Shown here: in pieces, positions 50,565 to 63,229 of the stretch | Layout: the number at the start of each line of letters is the position of its first letter | How positions within the stretch are numbered: the first letter of the stretch is position 1 | NCBI GenBank assembly: GCA_009914755.4 | Contig: CP068257.2 | Location: forward strand, 33,664,001 to 33,728,000 | Direction: 5' to 3' | DNA length: 64,000 bases | From: the human T2T-CHM13v2.0 reference genome, Homo sapiens | Program-made: the position numbers and the translations under genes | The notes under the pieces: model-generated | What the model was told of the DNA's origin: nothing | Seen by the model: the letters and a program-made list of their open reading frames with translations, nothing else | The model's database searches: none

Positions 50565-50997
50565 TGTGATGGTTAATTTTATGTGTCAACTTGGCTAGGG
50601 TATGGTGCCCAGATATTTGGTCAAACGTTATTCTAGATGTTTCTGTGAAGATTTTTTTCGATGAGATTAACATTTAAACAGGCAGACTTTGAGTAAGGCA
50701 GATTTTCCTCCATAATGGGGGTGGGCCTTATCCAGTCACTTGAAGTTCTTAATAGAAAAAAGACTGACCTCACCCAAGCAAGAAGGAATTCTGCCAGCAT
50801 ATTGCCTTTGGATTTAAACTGCAATCCTTCTTGGGTTTCCTGCCTACCACCCTATCCTGCAGATTTTGCACTTGCTAGCCTCTACTGTCCCATGGACCAA
50901 TTCCTTCAAATTAATCTCTCTTTTGTCCTCTCTCTACATATGCACATCCTGTTGGTTCTATATCTCTGCAGAACTCTGACTAATACAGCACTTCTAC
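50565..50997 (+). mobile_element. Solo ERVL LTR (MLT2-like), near full length
   Basis: gtgtcaacttggctagggtatggtgcccagatatttggtcaaacgttattctagatgtttctgtgaagatttttttcgatgagattaacatttaaacaggcagactttgagtaaggcagattttcctccataatgggggtgggccttatccagtcacttgaagttcttaatagaaaaaagactgacc...ctgttggttctatatctctgcagaactctgactaatacagc. Matches the MLT2 consensus almost block for block. The 192-aa ORF 50715..51293 starts inside this LTR and is spurious. Confidence 0.85.
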
Positions 50998-53694
50998 CCA
51001 CTCCCAAGCCCATGGAAGACCTTGTTTATTGGCCAAGACACTCTTTCCAGATGAGCCTTCAGAATCCTCCTCCACTCAGTCCTCCAGATATCCATGGCCT
51101 GTCAATAAGCAAGTTGAAACATCCTTGCTATCCTTGCACGAGAGCAATGGTTCTCAAGAGGGAGAGGGTGATTTTGCCCGCCAGGGGATGTTTGGCATTG
51201 TCCAGAGACATTTCTGTTGTCACAAATGGGGGAGAGGGAGTGCTGTTGGCTTCTAGTGGGAAGAGATCAGAGAAGCTGCTAAACATCCTATAAGGCACAG
51301 GACAGTCTCCCATTAACAAAGAATTACCCAGCCCCAAGTGTCAGTAGTACGAAGGTTGAGAAGCATTGAATTAGAGATTCACTCAGACTCAACTATTGAA
51401 AGACAAACATCTCTTGGATGAGAGGTATCTTAGTCTCTATCACAGCAATTCTATATGATTTAGAGAGAGCTGCTTCTCAGTAAATAACCTGAGAAATTAT
51501 TTTGAAATTCTGACATAATGTGGATGTAGCATAACCTTTTATTTTACCCTGTGTGTGTGGAGCTATTGCTTTTAGCCTTGTCTTCTCTTAATTCCTTTCA
51601 AAATTGAGTCTCCTTTTACTTTTCATATACTTGAGCATGGACACTTTCTTTCTAACACACCAAAATCTAGGCCACAAAATACTTACCGGAGTCAACAAAT
51701 CCCCTTGACCAAACATGCTATAGATCATGCCCAGGACATGCTACAGATCCTGGGAAAGAGGAGATTGGAGGAAATTGATAAATGGCAGTTTCCTCTGCTC
51801 TGCCATCAACAATAACAAAATGCGTCAGAAGAGCAGAATAAAGTAGTCAATACGGACTTCCCTCACTCCTGGCAAACAAAGGGCTTTCTAACAGAGGTTC
51901 TCCCAGCTCAGCATTCACCATTGGTTTGGGTAACTGCATAGGAGGTCTCCCTAAAGATGTGAAGCATTTAGCACTTGGTAGAGGAAACCCTGACCACGGG
52001 CTTGTGAGATGAGGCTTATATCTTTCAAGGATGTACTGAAATGATTGCTACGAGTTTTCATAAAAACTTTCACCTGCTATATTCTCTAAGGCACAGTACA
52101 AAAATGAAGTCTTCATAGTAGATAATTTGCTGGATTAAAAAAACAAATTTTAAGTACAATGTAAGTTAATAATTTAATGTATTCATGACATAGGACATGC
52201 AATGTATGCAGAAAAGAGGTGTAAGTTAGGGGAGAGTGTAAATTAATGTTTCATTAATATGGAATTTTACTGTATTTTAGAGCACAGTGTTAATGCCCAA
52301 TAACCAGAGTGGAAAGAAATGGGTAATTCTTTTCATAGTGAAAAATTTTCATAAGAAAACTATGTGAATTTTCTCTGGAGACACTAAAGGCAGAGAGAAA
52401 TGAAATAAGAATAAATCATCTTGGAAATTCATTAATGTTGCTGCAGAATATCAGAAAACCAACATGAGAAACTGACACATTCCAATTATTATAATTACAT
52501 TGGCTGTATTAGAGCAGTTCTTTAATCATGTTGCCAATGAGAAGAAAGTTGTTTACTTTTCAGTTTGGTAGTTTCAGAACTGTCAGTGATTAGCTAAATA
52601 AATAAATATGTAAGCAAATTAATTTTATCTCTTCCTATTATAGTTAAGCAGCTGGTCAATTATCTTCAATAAGTTTTCTTTCTAAAAGCCACACATAAGA
52701 AAGGAAGGTCAACAGATCCAGCATTTTGGCTTGAATTTCAAGACCCGGTTGGCAGTATTTCAGATGTCCTTAAGCCTTGATGACCAAGATACCTAATGAA
52801 TGAAGCATAGCATAGCAGAGCTCTTGGTTTTGAATCACAATTGCGTTGCACGTGGTTCATGGGAAAAAATTAAAATATCATTCCCTTTTTCCCAACATAT
52901 GCCTAAGAATGTCCTAAAATTGTGCAGCTGCTTCGTGCTCCAGTAATACACATGATAATAATGGTGAAATGAAGCATAGGTAGGAAGGTAAGATGAAGCT
53001 GAAGAGACAGAACAATGTGTCTGGATGTTGGATTATCTATGGACTCAGCTGATCCATGGACTAAGAAACAAACAATCAGGAAGTCACATCAGAAGATCTC
53101 AGCAGATACACATGCATGTGGTTAAGGCGAGGTCGGGATCTGGGCTGCCGCAGATGCAGTTGAGAAGGGCTGGCCGTGCTGGTTGGCTTCTGCTTTTTGT
53201 CATACAATACCACAGCTTGAATTAAACTCATCTTTTGCAGTGGGTCTGATGAACCTTGCTTATTGGCAAATTGGCATAGGCTGGCCTGCTCCTGTTGTAT
53301 TCACCATTTCCAGGAAGTCAACATGAAATTCATTAGACTGTTTTGCGTAGCCATGAAGTGTGTTCCCACACTAGCCAGTGTTATTTCCCCAAAATGACCA
53401 ACATGCTCTGGTGACCCAACTGGGAGCAGTGCCCTTTGTCGTATTAGGTGCTTCACGCTTTGGATTGGCACAGCACTCCCTTGATAGCCTAATTTCATTC
53501 AAGTGTATCCCTAAAATTCATCAAGTGAGTTAATGTTGTGGCCAAGATTTGACTTAAACTCTAGAGGAGTCAGATCTGGCTTCAGTTTTTCCTCTTCGAC
53601 CTCCAACATGTCCTTGCTCAGGTTACCTAACCCTGTGTCTAGTTCCCTCATCCATTACAGGGCATGATACTAGAATATTGATTGAGTACTTAGT

Positions 53695-53880
53695 GTGTGC
53701 TGGGTCCTATTGTTAGTAAATGCAGTACGTCATCTAATTCTTATAACAGCAACCCTGCAAGACAAGTACCATTATCACGCCATTTTATAGATAAAGAAAC
53801 AGAGGTCCAGCACCCCAGTGGAAAGTGGCAGAGCAGGCACTGGTAGCCAGGAGGTCTGGCCAAGGCCTGTGCTCTCACAA
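53695..53880 (-). mobile_element. MIR fragment (minus orientation)
   Basis: ..cagcaaccctgcaagacaagtaccattatcacgccattttatagataaagaaacagaggtccagcaccccagtggaaagtggcagagcaggcactggtagccaggaggtctggccaaggcctgtgctctcacaag matches the reverse-complement MIR (..caaccctatgaggtaggtactattattatccccattttacagatgaggaaactgaggcacagagaggttaag..cacacagctagtaagtggcagagctgggatttgaacccagg..). Confidence 0.8.
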
Positions 53881-55059
53881 GTGTCTGACACTGCCCCTCT
53901 CTAATTTCAGTACCGCTTTGCTTCTCACCAGGAAATTATTTTGACTCACACCAGCATCTGCCTCACAGTATTATTCTGAGGAGGAGATAAGCCAGTGCAC
54001 ACAGTGCACAGCTAACGAATTCACATGTGGATTCGGCAAATGTTGATGGATGGCCCCTTGTGTGTCAGGCAGCGTTCTAGGTCCTGAGTATGTAAGACGA
54101 TCAGAGTGATTGCCCTCCTGGAGCTCGTAGCCTAGAAATAAGACAGACCACAGCCAGATAAATATGTCTTTAATAACACATCAGTAGTGCCGCGAAGCAA
54201 AAGAAAGCAGGGGCAGAAAGTGACAGTGTTGGGGGAGGAGAGGGAGCCCAGATGGATAGGGGAACAGAGGATGCTTCCAGTAGAGAGAAGAACTCTGTGA
54301 AGACATTACCTTTGAGCCAGGCCCTGACTGACAGGGAACGAAGCCATGTGAAGATCTGGGGGACATTATTTTTTATTTGTATAATAAAATTAATTATGTA
54401 CTAATTTCTTAGTTTAACCACAGAGAGTTCTTGTCCTCCTCCCCAACCAAGGGCATAATTTCTTACTCTTTCTCAAAACTCTAACAACAAGAGAAGAAAA
54501 TCTGAAAATGCAGATGGAAAAGAAAAAAAAAAAGCTCTTCTGAAAGGTAAGAAGAGGCTAGTTGCCACGAACTCTGGAGCTATCGTGAATGGAAAGAGAA
54601 CATTTCCATCTCCCGTTGATCACTATAATTCACAAATTCTCCTAAAAAACAGAAACCACAGTTGACTATGGTTTTGTTGGTTTCACTTAATTCCCTGACC
54701 CCTGACTCCTTGTGTAGCTAAAAGCATGTCATAATCACGGTAAATTCTACCTCTCTTTATTCCATTAGAGGGAACCCAGGCCATTTCAAACACCATCTTC
54801 CCATCCAATCTTGATTTTACAATGCTTTTCACTGAAGATTAGAGTTAATGCTTTTCTAAGAGGTTTGTCACAAAAGGGAGCTTAATTGGGGCTCATTTTT
54901 TCCATCCGCCCAGTTGTTCCATAGGCTTACTTTTGGAAAGTGTGTCTATCATGAATGATTCATGTTCTACAGGTGAGGATTATGAGTTTAGAGAACCAAG
55001 TCACCCAGGAAAGGGAAAGCTACCTTAGCTTCTGGGAGATAGAACCATAGCACTCAGTG

Positions 55060-55565
55060 CAGTGGGTTGAAGAGTGTTCCCCTAAAAGATGTGTACATGT
55101 CCTCACCTCCGATGCCTGTGAATGTGACCTTGTTTGGAAATCAGGTCTTTGAAGATGTAATTAAGGTAAGGAGCTCAGGATAAAATCATCCTGGATTAGG
55201 ATGGGCTCTGAACCTAATCACAAGCATCCTTCGAAGAGAAAGGAGAGGGAGGTTTGAGACACAGAGACACAAATGATAAAGCCATGTGAAGACAAAGGCA
55301 GAGATGGAGTCATTCAGCATCAAGTCAAGGATTGCCAATGAATGCCAAGCGATGCCATGCAATGCCAAGGATTGCCAGCAGACACCAGAAGCTCAGAGAG
55401 ATGCACGAAACAGATTCTCCCCAGAGCCTTCAGGAGCCAACCCTGCTGACTCATTGATTTCAGATCTCTGGCCTTCACAGTTGTGACAGAGTAAGTCTCT
55501 GTTGTTTGAAGATAGCAACTTTGTAACATTTTGATACAGCAGCCCTAGGGATCTAATGCACTTGG
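55060..55565 (+). mobile_element. Solo ERVL-MaLR LTR (MLT1-like), near full length
   Basis: ..cctgtgaatgtgaccttgtttggaaatcaggtctttgaagatgtaattaaggtaaggagctcaggataaaatcatcctggattaggatgggctctgaacctaatcacaagcatccttcgaagagaaaggagagggaggtttgagacacagagacacaaatgataaagccatgtgaagacaaaggcagagatggagtcatt...ccttcaggagccaaccctgctgactcattgatttcagatctctggccttcacagttgtgacagagtaagtctctgttgtttgaagatagcaactttgtaacattttgatacagcagccctagggatctaatgca. ORFs 55186..55368(-), 55286..55486, 55320..55529(-) and 55393..55581(-) lie inside it. Confidence 0.8.
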
Positions 55566-55664
55566 TTTGAATCTTTAACATGAAATGAAAGAATAATAGT
55601 TAAGGGTCATTTAATTTCTTGGAGTAGTGAGGGATGTGACCCAGTGCCAGATAGGAATGTAAGT

Positions 55665-55950
55665 TTTTATTGTTTTGTTTTGTTTTGTTTTGAGATGGAG
55701 TCTAGCTCTGTCACCAGGGTGGGGTGCAATGGCGCGGTCTCGGCTCATTGCAACCTCTGCCTCCGCTTCAAGCAATTCTCCTGCCTCAGCCTCCCGAGTA
55801 GCTGGGACTACAGGGGCCCGCCACCGTGCCTGGCTAATTTTTTTTTTTTTGCATTTTTAGTATAGACGGGGTTTCACCAACCTGGCCACGCTGGTCTTGA
55901 ACTCCTGACTTCGTGATACACCCACCTCGGCCTCCCAAAGTGCTGGGATT
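55665..55950 (-). mobile_element. Alu element (AluS-like), minus orientation, with the (CAAAA)n tail seen as (ttttg)n
   Basis: ttttgttttgttttgttttgagatggagtctagctctgtcaccagggtggggtgcaatggcgcggtctcggctcattgcaacctctgcctccgcttcaagcaattctcctgcctcagcctcccgagtagctgggactacaggggcccgccaccgtgcctggctaatttttttttttt...ggcctcccaaagtgctgggattag. ORFs 55644..55865 and 55675..55860 are Alu read-through. Confidence 0.93.
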
Positions 55951-56703
55951 AGGAATATAAATTTTATATGGAGTTTACTGGGAGAGAAAATGGCTGCAGT
56001 GGCTACTGTTTGTGTTTACATAGTACCCCATCTGCTTTAACCTCTCTTCTAGAGACAGACCCAGGTCACAGTCACAGAGACCCACAGTCTCAGTGGGAAG
56101 CTGAGATCACAACCAAGGCTCTATGTTCTCAGTGGGAGCACAGTTGGTGCCGGATGTGGTCCCTCATGCTGTGGCCACCATTCTGTGCATTGCAGGGCCA
56201 ACAGCGCTCCTGTCCCTGCCACTAAAATATCGGTGCTTGGCCCCCAGTCATTGTGACAGATGAAAACACCAAGTATTTTCCAGTGTCCCGTAGGGGGAGC
56301 TGAATGGCCCTGGTTGAGAGCACTGGCAGATGAACCTCAGCATTAACGTCTCTGGGCTACGATGCCCTGATGGATTCGTGATCACAGTAAAAATTACTTA
56401 CTGATGGCAAAACTAGAATGTGTGGAAATCTGCTGGATATAACCCAGTTTACCTCTGGGACCCTCTATCATTATGGTTAAAATTAAGATTGACCAAATCC
56501 CTTCTGACTGACCATTGTACTCCACGTGTTGCGACATTCAATTATCTTACAAGCAAAGCTCACTCTCTGATGACCCAGTCCATCTCCTAAGGGTGACTCT
56601 GAAGATTCTGTCACAATCCCTCATGTTCCAATGTACAGCTTCGCTCTTAGAGAGTGATCTTACTTCTAACTTCCTTGAGGATCTCTAATTTTTCTGGAGT
56701 CAG

Positions 56704-56770
56704 AGAAATACTGGAGAGGCGAGAGATGAGACTTGAAATACTGGAGAGGCAAGAGATGAGACTTGAACCT
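56704..56770 (+). repeat. Roughly 33-bp tandem duplication (2 units, 1 mismatch)
   Basis: aaatactggagaggcgagagatgagacttga | aatactggagaggcaagagatgagacttga acctgg. Confidence 0.95.
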
Positions 56771-57799
56771 GGAGCCAAGAACCAGGTCCCAGAGGACTTG
56801 CTCTGCACTGTGCCATGAATTGGCCCTTCTTTCACAGCCTTGAGGATTCAGAGAAAGATGCGGATCAGGGTGCCATGAATGGGTACATGTGGCCATGAGG
56901 AGACAGGATTGGAATCTACAAAGATCTGCCGGGAGTAAGAGGTAGATGTAAAGACCGAGACAACTGGCCAAGGATGGGACCAAGATAGTAGCAATGAAAA
57001 CAAAAGGTAGAGAAAATAGTCAAAGGATAACAAAAAGGTAGTCCTGAAAGCATGCAGACCCACTGGACATAGAGAGTACAGGAGGGAAGAGATCAAGGAT
57101 GTCTCATTAAATTAAACTTTCTAGATAATTTAAATTGGAACACAGCTAAATTTCTTTGATACTTTGGAGAGGCTTCCTCTAAACATCTTGAGTGTGTTTA
57201 AAGAACACTCAAGATAACTCATGTTATCTCATGGTGAGATAACATCCCAGGCAATGATGCAGATTAAGCAATTCAGGAATTTAAGGGCTCCAACCATTAA
57301 CTACTTTAGAATATCAGCTAAGGAACACATTCTGGAAGCTTTATGTTCTATTATATTAATTATCCCCCCAAGGAGCAAAAAGCGTTTTAAAAATTAGTTA
57401 AATGAATCTCAATGTTCTTTCCTAAGGCAAAAGGTAAAAAACATATATCAACATAAGGAAAGTGCACACTTTCAGCAGCTAAGAGGCCTCAGTAGCCTAC
57501 ATTACAAGCCTGCCTCCTTGAAGCTCAAAATTAGTGAAGCCACACAAGGTACAAGGCTAATTCACTATGGATGAAATAACGGGCAGAGAAAGTGGAATGG
57601 TAGGCTCTTGAGCACCTACCATAAAGCATCCAGGTGAAATAATTGAAAGGAAGCCCTCTTTTTTACACTGCACACACTGTGAAATGCGAGGTGCGGAAAG
57701 TTGATTGTCCTTAATAGGGAAGTATCAGCTTCCTCCCTACAGAGAGTTTAGAAGAAAGAGAAGCACAGAACTGCAGAGCTTGCCTTCTACCTAAAAACT

Positions 57800-58385
57800 G
57801 GTGCTTAGAACAATGGTCTCCAGCTGCATCCATGTTGCTACAAAGGGCATTTTCTTTTTCATGGCTGCGTAGTATTCCGTGGTGTGTGTATCTATATAGA
57901 CATATATATCATTATTATATAAAGACATAGGTATCACGAATATACACATATATGTGATATGTGTGTGTGTGTGTGTGTGTGTATGTAACAATTTCTTTAT
58001 CCAATCTGCCATTGATGAGCATCTGTGTTGATTTTATGTCTGTGCTATTGTGAATAGTATTGTGATAAACATATGAGTGGAGGTGTCTTTTTGGTAGGAA
58101 GCCATTATCCTAAGTGAATCAACACAGAAACAGGAACCCAAATGTCAACTAAATACCACATGTTCTCATAAGTGGGAGCTGCACATTGAGAACAATAAAC
58201 ACTGGAGATTCCAAAAGGTAGGCGGAAGGGTGGGGGAAGTGTTGAAAACTACCTATTGGACACTGTTTGCTACCTGAGTGATAGGATCATTAGAAACCCA
58301 AACTTCAGCATTATGCAGTATACTCATGTAGCAAACCTGAGCAAGCACTCACAGAATCTAACATTAAAAATCAAATAAAATACAT
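57800..58385 (+). mobile_element. L1 3' end (ORF2 terminus plus 3' UTR), older primate subfamily, with an internal (TG)n/(TA)n simple-repeat expansion at about 57880-57995
   Basis: ccagctgcatccatgttgctacaaagggcattttctttttcatggctgcgtagtattccgtggtgtgt (L1 has ..tccatgttgctgcaaatgacatgatttcattcttttttatggctgcatagtattccatggtgtatatgt). Then ..ttctttatccaatctgccattgatgagcatctgtgttgatt.. and ..agccattatcctaagtgaatcaacacagaaacaggaacccaaatgtcaactaaataccacatgttctcataagtgggagctgcacattgagaacaataaacactggag...gaaaactacctattggacactgtttgctacctgagtgataggatcat...actcatgtagcaaacctgagcaagcactcacagaatctaacattaaaaatcaaataaaa. Confidence 0.9.
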
Positions 58386-58837
58386 TAAAATGAGAAAAAA
58401 ATTTAAAAATTGGTACTGACATGTCCAGAATCTTAGGAGAAAGTAGAAATTTAAAAAATAACACCACAAATATCAGTGTTTTTAAAGTTTCAAACATTTC
58501 TGTATTTAACAAGTATTGGTGCCTTGAAATTGAGTTTAAAGAAGACAGTTCTTGATTTATGCTCTTGTGGGCATTAGGACGGGGAAAAACCCCTTCAGAG
58601 TACCATGACGAGATTTTGAATTATGCAAAGGTAAAGAAAAGGTCCCACTAATGTAGAGATATTTGGAGACTTAGTTCTAATGAACTGAAAGAGAGGTTTG
58701 AGGGGAGATGACTTAGGAGTGAGGAGAGGGGAAGCCTAGAGAAGCAGGTGCAGAGCTTCTACCCGGATCCTGGGCTGGATTCAGCTTCCAATATGCCTTG
58801 TTTGTCCCTGTAGCATTAGGACATATTGAAAGCTTCC

Positions 58838-59170
58838 TCACTTAAGAATATGGATATTTTACATAGAGAAATTGATTTTACACTCCTTTTGCAAACCCTG
58901 AAGGTCTGGCCATGCCAGTTTCTCATTCTCACAAGTCAGCAAGAGCAGGTATGGAGGAGAGAATCAGATGACCTCTCCAGCTTTCTACTTTGTACATGAC
59001 CTTGTGAGTATTTCTGCCTAAGAGTCACTTAAGAATACAGATATTTTACATAGAGAAATTGATTGTACACTCTTTTGCAAACCCTGAAGGTCTGGCCATG
59101 CCAGGCTCTTATTCTCACAAGTTACCAAGACCAGGTATGGAGGAGAGAATCAGGTGACCTCTCCAGCTGG
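58838..59170 (+). repeat. Roughly 187-bp tandem duplication (about 1.8 units), with a third partial copy at 60742-60795
   Basis: Unit 1: cacttaagaatatggatattttacatagagaaattgattttacactccttttgcaaaccctgaaggtctggccatgccagtttctcattctcacaagtcagcaagagcaggtatggaggagagaatcagatgacctctccagctttctactttgtacatgaccttgtgagtatttctgcctaagagt. Unit 2: cacttaagaatacagatattttacatagagaaattgattgtacactcttttgcaaaccctgaaggtctggccatgccaggctcttattctcacaagttaccaagaccaggtatggaggagagaatcaggtgacctctccagctgg.... 60742-60795 reads tatgaatttctactttgtacacgacctcgtatttctgcctaagagcc, which matches the unit-1 3' end. Confidence 0.9.
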
Positions 59171-60184
59171 CCTCGGTGCCACCTCACTGCCACCTCCCTG
59201 TGGTCACACACAGCCTGCTCCACTCATTCACAGGCCTGGGCTGGTTTGCATTTACCTTGGCCCCATGGACTAGAGAGAAGATGACCAGCTGTCAACATAG
59301 CTGTTGAGGGACAATCTCTGGGCACTGGCAGAACTACGAGTGACCTCTGTGTCCAAACAGAGAATGCCTCTGGGGAGGAGACCATTTGTCCCCTACATAA
59401 TGAGCTCCAGTGTAAAATCCAGCATGGCTCAGGTATGCTGAGCGTTGGAAACTTTGGAAGCTTCTGGAAACAGTAGGCTAGAAATGAGCACTGACAACTC
59501 AAAATGCGTACCTGCAAGGGAAGCTGAGTGAGTTTCTCCAAGTGTTGTCAGGGGGATGCCTGCGGCCACATGGTAGCCAGACAGAGAAAAGAACAGGGAA
59601 GACAGCACACACGGGGACCACAGAAAATACTGTATGTGTTCTGGGGGTCCGAGTGGGAGTTTAAAACTGTCATTCAGGTGGGAGGCTTAAGTTCTTGAAA
59701 TTTAAATATTAGAATAAAGGCAATGCCTGGACATACCAGATGCATATTAAAAGTTTTCTAAACTATACATATTTTTAACCTAGAAATTCTACTTTTAGTA
59801 TTTTTATCCTAAAAAAGTTCATGGATGTGTATAGAGATTGTATTGAAATATATTATTTTAATACAATTATATAAATAATATATCATAAAATTATGCATGA
59901 TATATAATATAAATTATAAAATGATTATTATTGAATAACAATTATATAAGTATAATGTTAATTGTAACTTATAATGACAAAGAACTGGCAACTCTTAGGA
60001 TCTGCAACTGAAGAACATTGTTTCAATAAATTGTAACATCCATACAACAAATTTCAAGTAGCCACTAAAATACTACCAGGAAGTTATTTAAGGTTATTTC
60101 AAAGCATGTTACAAAAATAATATGCATGGTATAATGCCATTTTTATTTAATATATAAACACACATAGGGAAATATTTAAGTTTA

Positions 60185-60610
60185 TACATTATATTAGTTT
60201 CCTGGGGCTCCTGGAACCATTTTCTGCAAATATTGTGGCTTAAAACAACAGAGTTAATTTTCTGACAGTTATGAGGACAGGAGTTTAGCAGTTTCACTGG
60301 GCCAAAATCAAAGTATGGGCAGGGCTGCACTCTCTCTGAAGGCTCTAGGAGATAACCCTTCCTTGCCTCTTCCAGCTTCTGTGGTTCTGGCGTCCTTGGC
60401 TTGTAGCTGCATCACTCCAATCTCTGCCTCTGTCTCTTCGTGTGTCTGATCTCCCTTAGTCTCTCTCTTATAAGGACCCTTGTGCTTGGATTTAATACCC
60501 ACCAGGAAAATCCCTCATGTCAAAATCATTAACTTCATCACATCTGTAAGTCGCTTTTACATTGTAAGGTCACATTTATAGGTTTCAAGGACTCAGACCT
60601 GTTATTTTTG
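60185..60610 (-). mobile_element. Solo ERVL-MaLR LTR (MLT1-like), minus orientation
   Basis: tatattagtttcctggggctcctggaaccattttctgcaaatattgtggcttaaaacaacagagttaattttctgacagttatgaggacaggagtttagcagtttcactgggccaaaatcaaagtatgggcagggctgcactctctctgaaggctctaggagataacccttccttgcctcttccagcttctgtggttctggcgtccttggcttgtagctgcatcactccaatctctgcctctgtctcttcgtgtgtctgatctcccttagtctctctcttataaggacccttgtgcttggatttaatacccaccaggaaaatccctcatgtcaaaatcattaacttcatcacatctgtaagtcgcttttacattgtaaggtcacatttataggtttcaaggactcag is the MLT1 consensus in reverse complement. ORFs 60109..60330(-) and 60308..60502(-) lie inside it. Confidence 0.85.
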
Positions 60611-63229
60611 GAGCATCGTTATTTCATCTGCTGTTTTCCTAATCATTAAAAGATATGTTTTTCTTATGTCTTTCTGTTCTTTCTTAGAGTAAGTATTGGG
60701 TAACTTTAGTAAGGGGGATTTATTTTAAGTAGATTATACCAGACAAAGTATGAATTTCTACTTTGTACACGACCTCGTATTTCTGCCTAAGAGCCAAAAA
60801 AGAAATAAACAAAAGTACCAACATGAAAACTGTATTTTCCCTTTAGAGTATTAAAAACCTTGTTCAATATTCAAGACTTTAAACTATGTTTAAAAAATAG
60901 AGGCATACGATATGATTGATTTTTATCAAATACTAGGTTGGATATTATAGAACAAATATATAATTTAGAAAAATCCAAGAAAAAAACAGAGATGAAGATG
61001 CCCTAACAGATGACTCTACCTGCCAAAAAAAGGAGGAGAGATGTGTATAATGTGCAAGAAAAAAAGTATCTATTTGATAGGTAAGTGTGCTTTCAAATTC
61101 TGAAAGGTCTTTAATATTAGGAAAAAGATTTTTACCAAAAATGGAATTTTCCACTAAAAAACAGGAACTAAAATAAGTATCCATTTCAATTCTGAAAAGT
61201 GAATGATGAAGAAGGCAAGTCAGAAATTCATTTTAGATGACGAATATGTTACATTTCCAAAAAGAAGGTAAGACACTAGAACAGAGGAAGGTAAAAGAGG
61301 AAGTCCCCACTTGTTTCCTTATTACGTGTTAGTTTCTGAGTTAGATGTAAGGGGAGATATATGTTTTGGACAGGTTTCTTGTCCTCAAAAATGTGTAGTT
61401 CAGTAAGAAAGATATGATTAAGCCGTGTTGAGGTGAAGCGCTATGCAATCAGTGACAAGAGAGGCACAAACCAGTTCCTCCAGAACTGGGGGTGGCCAAG
61501 CTTCCCCTTGAAATGCAGGGTTTGCAGGATAGATGAAGCTGAGTGAAGAAGACAGGTGAGTAGTCCATTTCTGAAAAAACTGGAAGGAATTGAGATGGAA
61601 AAGTAATAATGTAATACCTAACATTTATCCAGTCATATGCCAGATATGGGGCTAAGATTTTTTTTTTTAATCCATTATCAGGGAGAAAAAACGTTTCCTC
61701 TATTCTCTTAAGTTTGGTAACTGAGAGCCTGTGAATTAAACTAACAAAAGATAGATTAACAGGGGGAAGGGTACACAATTTTTCTTGATATTTACATGCA
61801 CAAGAGTTCCCAGAAAAAGAGTGAAACTCAAAGAAGCAGACTCAGGGGCTTATACAGCCGTTCAACAAAGGGAAAAGAGTTTGGGTCTCAAGGTATGATA
61901 AATAGTGGGGAAGTGACTAGGAAATCCAGTGACTCAGGGAAGATAAGGGTTATTTTAGTAAGGTCGCTTGTGCAAACACATGTTGGCATCAACTCCCTTT
62001 CTTCAATGAAAAGAGTCACTCTTCCCTCCTTGTGTAGGAGGTGAGGTCCTCCTCAAAGAGAAACTAAAACTGTATGCCTTGTCTTTAGGCTGTTAATGGT
62101 GGGTTGAGGAACTCTTCCTGCACCTGCTGATTCTCAACTGCCTTTAGCCCCAAATAATCTTTATGCCAAAGTGGCATAGTTTAGAGTGGCATCTTCTGAT
62201 CCCCATCACAATAAATAGGTGTAATACTGATACGACTATGAGACAGGCATAATTGTTGCGTCTTTTCTTAGGTGGGGAAACTGAGGATCTTATGTCCTAG
62301 CCAGCATGCCTGACAAAGAGGTAGGTGCTCATGTTGTCAGAAAAGGAGGGCAAGTGGTGTTGGTGTCGCTCAGGCAATTTCAATATGACAAACTGGAAAA
62401 CTTCTAAATGCACCGTCCTCACTTGTTTCAAGTTTCAGAGGAACCAGGTGGATCCCCCATTCTTTAACTGGTTCCTTTTTCCTTTCAAGTTCAAAAACAC
62501 TCAAGGAATACTTTAATAAATCAATAAAGTGAACACAGCAAGTGAGGAATGGCAAGAAACAAGAGAAAATGTTCAAGAGGACCGTAACGATGAGAGGAAA
62601 TTAAAGTAAGTTTACTCAGATGCTTTCATGTAACCGCACTTATTAAAAAAGAAGAAAAAAAGTCTTATAAAGTTGTATAAAAATAGAGTAGCAGAATAAT
62701 AATAGCCCTAACTATAATTTCTGATACTATGTAGACTGGGGAAAAACATAACCCAATAGCCTAAGGAGAAAAGAAAGAAAATATGTTTGCTCAAAGAAAA
62801 CAAACACAGACATATAAACCTACACCCCTGATGGCTGAACTTCATAGAACTAAGAAGTCAATAGGAAGAAAGTGCAGACAAGCAGGAAGCTCATTAGATT
62901 AGAAATCAAGTTCATGTTCTAGCACTGATGGCCAGCTGACCAGGGCAATTCACAAGCAGTTCAAGTTCAGGGACCAAAGCGCCCCTGAGTGCCTCCATTG
63001 GATTCTGCACAGCCAAAAAGACGCTTGAAAACATCAAGCCCTGTCACCAGTACCTTCTATAAGCCTTGAGAGAGGTGTGATGATATAATAGGGAATCAGA
63101 GAAGCCTAAACCTGTACCTGCTTTGGGAAACCCATGTAATGCCTTCGCCTGATTCATTATTATTTGAGAACCTACAAGGCCCCTGTGTTCACAACTCTAG
63201 GAAGATGCAAGACTCTAGGTATCATGGCT

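Noticed and set aside
50715-51293. 192-aa ORF on the + strand
   Set aside because: It starts within, and largely overlaps, an MLT2-like ERVL solo LTR (50565-50997). LTRs do not encode protein, and the remainder is unconstrained flank.
46719-59170. Tandem or near-tandem direct repeats (31-bp x2 at 46.7 kb, 33-bp x2 at 56.7 kb, 187-bp x2 at 58.8 kb) considered as possible CRISPR-like arrays
   Set aside because: There are only two units each, no repeat-spacer-repeat alternation and no cas-like ORFs. The context is Alu/L1-bearing eukaryotic DNA. These are simple local tandem duplications.
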